Positions 62,973-64,000 of a stretch of 64,000 nucleotides of DNA are shown here, in pieces (the stretch's first letter is position 1; each line of letters begins with the position of its first letter). Where the stretch lies: NCBI GenBank assembly GCA_016783145.1, contig JADHXD010000004.1, positions 5,736-69,735 of the forward strand, given 5' to 3'. The notes below the pieces were generated by a model. That model was not told the DNA's origin and did not search any database. It saw only the letters and a program-made list of their open reading frames with translations. The stretch is from Anaerolineae bacterium. Lineage in GTDB: Bacteria; Chloroflexota; Anaerolineae; JAFGEY01. The translations under genes were made by a program, and so were the position numbers.

Positions 62973-63488
62973 ATGGCAGCGACCAAACCCAACCATAGAC
63001 TACCGGAGCCAAGACTGTTCGTTGAAAAGCACGAACCTGCTAATCTGTTCACACTCGTTCCACTGAAGCGAGATGCGGTTCTGGATGGAATCGATCGATT
63101 GCTAGACGATGACGCTCTTTTCCAGGCGATCAAGGCAGACCTTACCCGTCGACGGCCGCAGACCAGGACGCCTGGGCGTCATTCGACTCCTGCGTATGCT
63201 GGTGGTCAAGCACCTGTATGAGTGGAGCTAGACCAGACCGAGTCGTTTGTGGCCGATAGCATCGCCCTACGCCAGATCTGTCGGGTGTACCTGGAATCGG
63301 TGCCCGATGACAACACGCTGATCAAGTGGGCGAATCTGCTGCAACCACAGACGCTTCAGCAGTTGCCAGTGCACACTGTCGGGCTGGCCCATCGCCTCGA
63401 AGTGACCCGCGGACGGAAACTGCGGACAGATGGCACGGTAGTCGAGAGCCAGATTCACCCTCCAACGGACGGCGCTCTGCTATCAGAC
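62973..63488 (+). pseudogene. Transposase with a DUF772/InsH-type N-terminus (IS5/IS1182-superfamily-like), twice frameshifted and 3'-truncated
   Basis: ORFs 62973..63221 and 63222..63779 share one frame, separated by a stop. The conserved VIRLLRMLVVKHLYEWS block is in the +1 frame between about 63178 and 63230, so there are two frameshifts. The sequence continues (Y)DQTESFVADSIALRQICRVYLESVPDDNTLIKWANLL...RGRKLRTDGTVVESQIHPPTDGALLSDG. It then stops abruptly where the VOC repeat begins at 63489-63491. Confidence 0.7.
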
Positions 63489-63656
63489 GGTGTGCACGAT
63501 GCGCACCACCGTGCCTTCTACGCCGATCAACCTGGCCATCGGCTCGTCGAACGTGCGATCGAACACCACCCTCATGCCGATGACATCGCGGTAGAACGCG
63601 ATCACGTGCTCCATATCGCGGACGCTCATCGCCACGTGGTCTGCTCTCGTGAACAT
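63483..63656 (-). pseudogene. Truncated VOC-family gene stub (57 codons)
   Basis: My translation is MFTRADHVAMSVRDMEHVIAFYRDVIGMRVVFDRTFDEPMARLIGVEGTVVRIVHTV*. GGAGGG lies upstream. It is identical to the 58393-58827 product except for T29R, up to the truncation point. Confidence 0.75.
63491..63656. repeat. Direct repeat copy B (VOC gene codons 1-55)
   Basis: See copy A at 58662-58827. Confidence 0.9.
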
Positions 63657-63724
63657 ACTCCCTCCAGGTCCTCCGAGATCAGGACTCCTCGCCGCCGGCC
63701 TGCGAGACGCTTTCCCTATCTCTC

Positions 63725-64000
63725 TCAGCCGGGAAGCGGCACATCGTACTTGCTGCCCAGATCCTCCAGTTCCCCGTAGAGCCCGGGATCGATGGGGATT
63801 CCCTCCACGCTCCGCTGCTGACGCCGCTCTCCCTCGATCTGCCCGGGGTAGTACACCCGCTCGAATCCCTCTGCAGGAGGCAGGGCATTGAACTCGCGCA
63901 GCATCTGGCCCAGGCGGTGCTTGAACACCTCCAGGGGCATCAGCCGGCTGATGTCCAGCACCGTGATAAAGTGACCCAGCTCTCTCCGCGCGTCCAGCTC
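63725..64000 (-). CDS. Malate/L-lactate dehydrogenase family 2 (Ldh_2) oxidoreductase. Only the C-terminal 91 codons are present; the gene runs off the right window edge.
   Basis: My translation from the window edge is ELDARRELGHFITVLDISRLMPLEVFKHRLGQMLREFNALPPAEGFERVYYPGQIEGERRQQRSVEGIPIDPGLYGELEDLGSKYDVPLPG*. The pattern GHF..(A/V).D...F...F..R......L.......V..PG..E.......GI fits Ldh_2 C-termini. Confidence 0.75.
   Translation of the reverse strand, partial: ELDARRELGHFITVLDISRLMPLEVFKHRLGQMLREFNALPPAEGFERVYYPGQIEGERRQQRSVEGIPIDPGLYGELEDLGSKYDVPLPG

Overview
This is a high-GC bacterial chromosomal segment. I support about 53 protein-coding genes and 5 pseudogene fragments. Reading by eye, I found no rRNA, tRNA or CRISPR array. 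Most of the window is housekeeping with monoderm-type synteny: rpmB divergent from Asp23-YloV(DAK2)-DegV-recG-coaD, then a coiled-coil gene, rpmF and a FabK-like gene. Also present are Asp23-nusB-TatA/B-tatC, pyrG, gltX, aspS, dtd, rdgB, rpe-rlmN, glpX, cysK and corA. Interspersed are large envelope or secreted proteins: DUF2079, a GT39-type glycosyltransferase, a PrcB+DUF3160 lipoprotein, a PKD protein, LamG-like proteins and an LTD-EEP nuclease. There are also sugar-acid and keto-acid metabolism genes: a UxaA-family dehydratase, a split transketolase and an E1 alpha-beta fusion. This content and the recurring 'LPLI/LPFF' motif suggest Chloroflexota, but that is inference only. Two real small genes are absent from the ORF track: rpmF (23782-23958, GTG start) and a Flp-type pilin (46329-46475). 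A partial sulfatase-fold gene at 1-409 is also absent. Nineteen sites fit an extended -10 or TTGnnn-(16-17 nt)-TAnnAT promoter pattern, and these helped fix start codons. The only clearly accessory stretch is 58.8-63.7 kb. It is a lower-GC block of three transposase remnants plus a two-gene membrane module, bracketed by 166-bp direct repeats of a VOC-gene 5' end. I did not find a recognisable defence, toxin or other multi-gene novel system. The best leads are that rearranged block, the adjacent E1ab operon that has no E2/E3 partner, an unusually long repeat-bearing TatA/B protein, the orphan Flp pilin, and a SulP-STAS-rhodanese fusion behind a long leader. All family calls come from motif reading by eye, not from searches.
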